In this document: piece after piece, positions 47,790 to 50,833 of the stretch
How the letters are laid out: each line of letters opens with the position of its first letter
Position numbering within the stretch: the first letter of the stretch is position 1
NCBI RefSeq assembly: GCF_001194135.2
Contig: NC_068981.1
Coordinates: 33,108,655-33,159,487, forward strand
Length of the DNA stretch: 50,833 nt
Direction of reading: 5' to 3'
From: Octopus bimaculoides
Taxonomy: Eukaryota
Notes under the pieces: generated by a model
Told to the model about the DNA's origin: nothing
Database searches by the model: none
The model's input: only the letters and a program-made list of their open reading frames with translations
Program-made: the position numbers and the translations under genes

Positions 47790-48800
47790 GCCATTTTATA
47801 CTGCCTGTAGAAAAAAGGACTGAGTGCAAGGACAGCAACAAAAGAAATTAATGATGTGGAAGACTTAAGAATTGTCAATGAATATGTGGCACAAAACTGG
47901 TTCAGACATTTCAAGAAAAGTGACACCAGCCTTGAAGACAAACCAAAGTCAGGGAGAACATCTGATTAGGCCTTGCTTGAAATGGTTGAATAACAGCCAA
48001 GCACAAGTGCTCATTCATTCTCAGCAGAACTTGGTCATTCACACAAAGCACTATCAGTTAACACATTCATAAGCTTAGCCTTCTGAACAGACATTGTTAA
48101 GAAGCTTCTCAGGAACTGAACAATGACCAAGATCAATGATGTGTGAAAATTTGCAAGCAACTGCTGATAAATCTTTGAGATGTCCATTTTTGGAGTTGAG
48201 AGATCAAAAATGGATCTGTTGTAATCCTAATTAGAGAAATCAGTGGCTTTGTTCCAGCCAGATTTCAGAACTAGTTGTCAAACAAGAGCAGTTTGAACAG
48301 GTCATGGTGTGTGTTTGGTGAAATTTTGAGGGAGTGTTGCACTTTGAACTCACCCCAGATAGTTACACTGTGAATGCTAACCTTTATGCTCAATGACTAC
48401 AGTTAGTATATGATGCTTTGAAAGCATGCCACCCACAATTAGTCAATTGAAGACGTGTACTCCTACAGCATGACAATGCCCCAGCATACTCTTCCAATGT
48501 GACCAAGTGCAAACTTAAGGAACTTGAGGGGCTGGAAGTGCTAGCTCCCCTGCCTACAGTACAGATCTTGCACCATCTTTTCCAAGCTATGATTCACTTC
48601 CTACACGGATGGAGGTTCAACAATATAAATAAGGTTGAAAATGGGTGCAGGGAGTTTTTTGCTTCTAAATAAGCCAAATGATATAAGCATGAAATTGAGC
48701 TTCTGACAGGATGATGGCAACACACAATAAAATATGATGGAATATATTTTGATGAAAAAATGCTTTTCATATGTAATTTGATTGAACTATTGATTAAAAT
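47790..48800 (+). mobile_element. Second decayed mariner (DD34D) element
   Basis: NWFRHFKKSDTSLEDKPKSGR, VMVCVW*NFEGVLHFE and LLQHDNAPAY...AYSTDLAPS motifs, with stops and frameshifts. Confidence 0.8.
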
Positions 48801-48966
48801 CTTGAAATACAAAAGAACTTTTGACTCAACCTGGTAAACATGATGGTTGGAAAGAAATTTTTCTGGTTTCACAAGTGAAAGGGAATAAAATTGTAATAGC
48901 TGGAAATATTACTGTATTTCAAATATATCCAGCCCCTACTGGTTGGCAGAAGTACACAGAAGTACA

Positions 48967-49198
48967 GGTGGCAAGCTGGCAGAATCGTTAGCATGCCGGG
49001 CAAAATGCTTAGCGGTATTTTGTCTGCCGTTACGTTCTGAGTTCAAATTCTGCCAAGGTCGACTTTGCCTTTCATCCTTTCGGGGTCGATAAATTAAGTA
49101 CCAGTTACGCACTGGGGTCGATATAATCGACTTAATTCCTTTGTCTGTCCTTGTTTGTCCCCTCTATGTTTAGTCCCTTGTGAGCAATAAAGAAATGC
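48967..49198 (+). mobile_element. SINE family B, apparently full-length and young
   Basis: Complete head, core and AATAAAGAAAT tail, with CpGs retained. More degenerate copies lie near 9770, 25575, 27840, 30340, 38540 and 39230. Confidence 0.85.
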
Positions 49199-49989
49199 GA
49201 AGTACATAAAACATTGACAGTAATGGTGACAACAATAGTAATAATGGTGATAATAATAACAGTGATTCAGCAGAATAATTCAGGTCAAGTTAACATTATT
49301 AATAAAAAGAGGTATTAAAATGTTCTTAAGAAAGTTATCTCAGTAGGAGTTTTAAACATTTAGACATAATTAGAAGATGATTTAAGCCCTGTCAGGCTTG
49401 ACTTGAGGTCTTATCAGCTCAAATTTGATAAGTATAAATAGCAAATTGAAAGTTTTCTTAGTTTTCACAATGGCATGTGTTTCTATTTCAATAAATTTGC
49501 TGATGCACTTGTCTTGGCAATGACTCAGCTGTGTGTCATCTGGCTAAGATACATAGATTATTGTAAGCTCAAATGATAAATACTTGATAGTAACTGCACT
49601 GAGTGATTTACAGTAAGATAAAGTAAAGTGGGGACAATGAACGTCATCATCATCATTTAATGTTCATCTTCGTTGCTGTCTTAGGATGAACAGTGTGACA
49701 AGATCTGATAAACCAGAGAACTGCACCAAGCTCTGTTGTCTACTTTGGCATGGTTTCTGTAGCTAACTGTCCTTCTTAATGCCAACTGGTTTACAGAATG
49801 TACTGGGTGCTTTTTATGTGATACCATCCCTGGTGCATTTTACATAGCCCCTCAGCTGTGGTGGGAGTGGTATTGAGGTAGGTGGCTTTGTGCTGGTTGT
49901 GAAGTTAAAGTGTAATACAGGGATAGAGATAGGTGTCTTACTATAGAGGAGATACTTGGCTACCCCAGTTAGAAAAGAAAGGACAGGAT

Positions 49990-50045
49990 GGAGAGAGAGA
50001 GAGAAAGATAGGTAGGTAGGTAGAGAGAGAGAGAGAAAGAGAGAG

Positions 50046-50089
<44 letters not shown>

Positions 50090-50180
50090 AGAGAAAGAGA
50101 GAGAGAAAGAGAGAGAGAAAGAAAGAGAGAGAAAGAGAGAGAGAGAGAAAGAGAGAGAGAGAAAGAGAGAGAGAGAGAAA
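49990..50180. repeat. (GA)n/(GAAA)n purine microsatellite
   Basis: Seen directly. Confidence 0.95.
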
Positions 50181-50833
50181 AATAGATGGTGTTGGAGATG
50201 TATTGTGGGGGGGAGGTATACTGAGAATTACAGTGGCGTGGGGGGAGGGAACATAAGTGGTACAGTGGGGATAGGAGGATGTTTCATAAGAGTGTGAGGA
50301 GAGACGTTTAGAGATGGGGAAGAGGTGATTGTAGCAAGTGATGGTGAGAGAAATTGAAGTGGCTGAGGTGGGGTGCTATGTAGATACGTGGGGGTGGGGG
50401 CATGGAGAGTATGCAGATAGGTACACACCTGAAGAGTGGAGGGATCTGCAACAATTGGTGATCGTGGGTGGGGGAAGGATGGGTGTTGGGAAGAAAAGTT
50501 GTGGGAAAGTTTTGACAGGGGACAGATGGTGTGTTGAAGGTGGGTCATGACTGAAAAGGATATGCCTGTATGTTATATATCTTAATATATGAATCTGAAA
50601 TTGTGTGTTTGTGTGAAGCCTTTTTGAATGTTTATAGAAATCCACATTTTCCACTTTTTCGTAAAAATTTTTACATCAATGGAATTTTCTCGATCTGAGC
50701 ATTCCAGTGCAGTAATTAGATTTTTTAAATTCCGTTTACTTTGTGTGATTTAAGGGAGATTTGGCTGTTGTTTCTAGCAACTTTTATATTTCATCCCTGC
50801 TACCTGGAACGCCATTCTTACACACGCGCTCAA

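Noticed and set aside
50228-50654. ORFs in the purine-rich, GC-richer stretch near the right end
   Set aside because: Low-complexity G/A-rich sequence with no recognisable motif.

Overview
AT-rich, repeat-dense, gappy eukaryotic genomic DNA. The repeat families (tRNA-derived SINEs, RTE-type LINEs with (GAT)n tails, mariners, long microsatellites) look like those of octopus, so a coleoid cephalopod is inferred; this rests on pattern recognition, not a database search. Only one host protein-coding gene is well supported. It lies on the minus strand. An exon emerging from the 1-kb N gap (visible part 15045-14655) splices in phase 1 across a 5.9-kb intron to a 1.5-kb terminal exon (8785-7245). 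The visible product is at least 643 aa: an acidic/helical N-terminal part, a basic patch, and three tandem ~110-aa units each built around a divergent dsRBD-like fold. These units resemble those of NKRF/CARF, but no G-patch or R3H follows. The rest of the window is decayed transposons (RTE, CR1/L2-like, HERO-like, Gypsy, mariner DD34D, DD41D-type, hAT, Merlin-like, piggyBac/hAT/mariner MITEs), SINEs, palindromic hairpins and simple repeats. CpG-retaining patches at ~0.9-3.2 kb and ~31.8-33.6 kb may mark promoters. There is no CRISPR array, rRNA or supportable tRNA gene. Most ORF-track entries are repeat-, microsatellite- or N-gap-derived.
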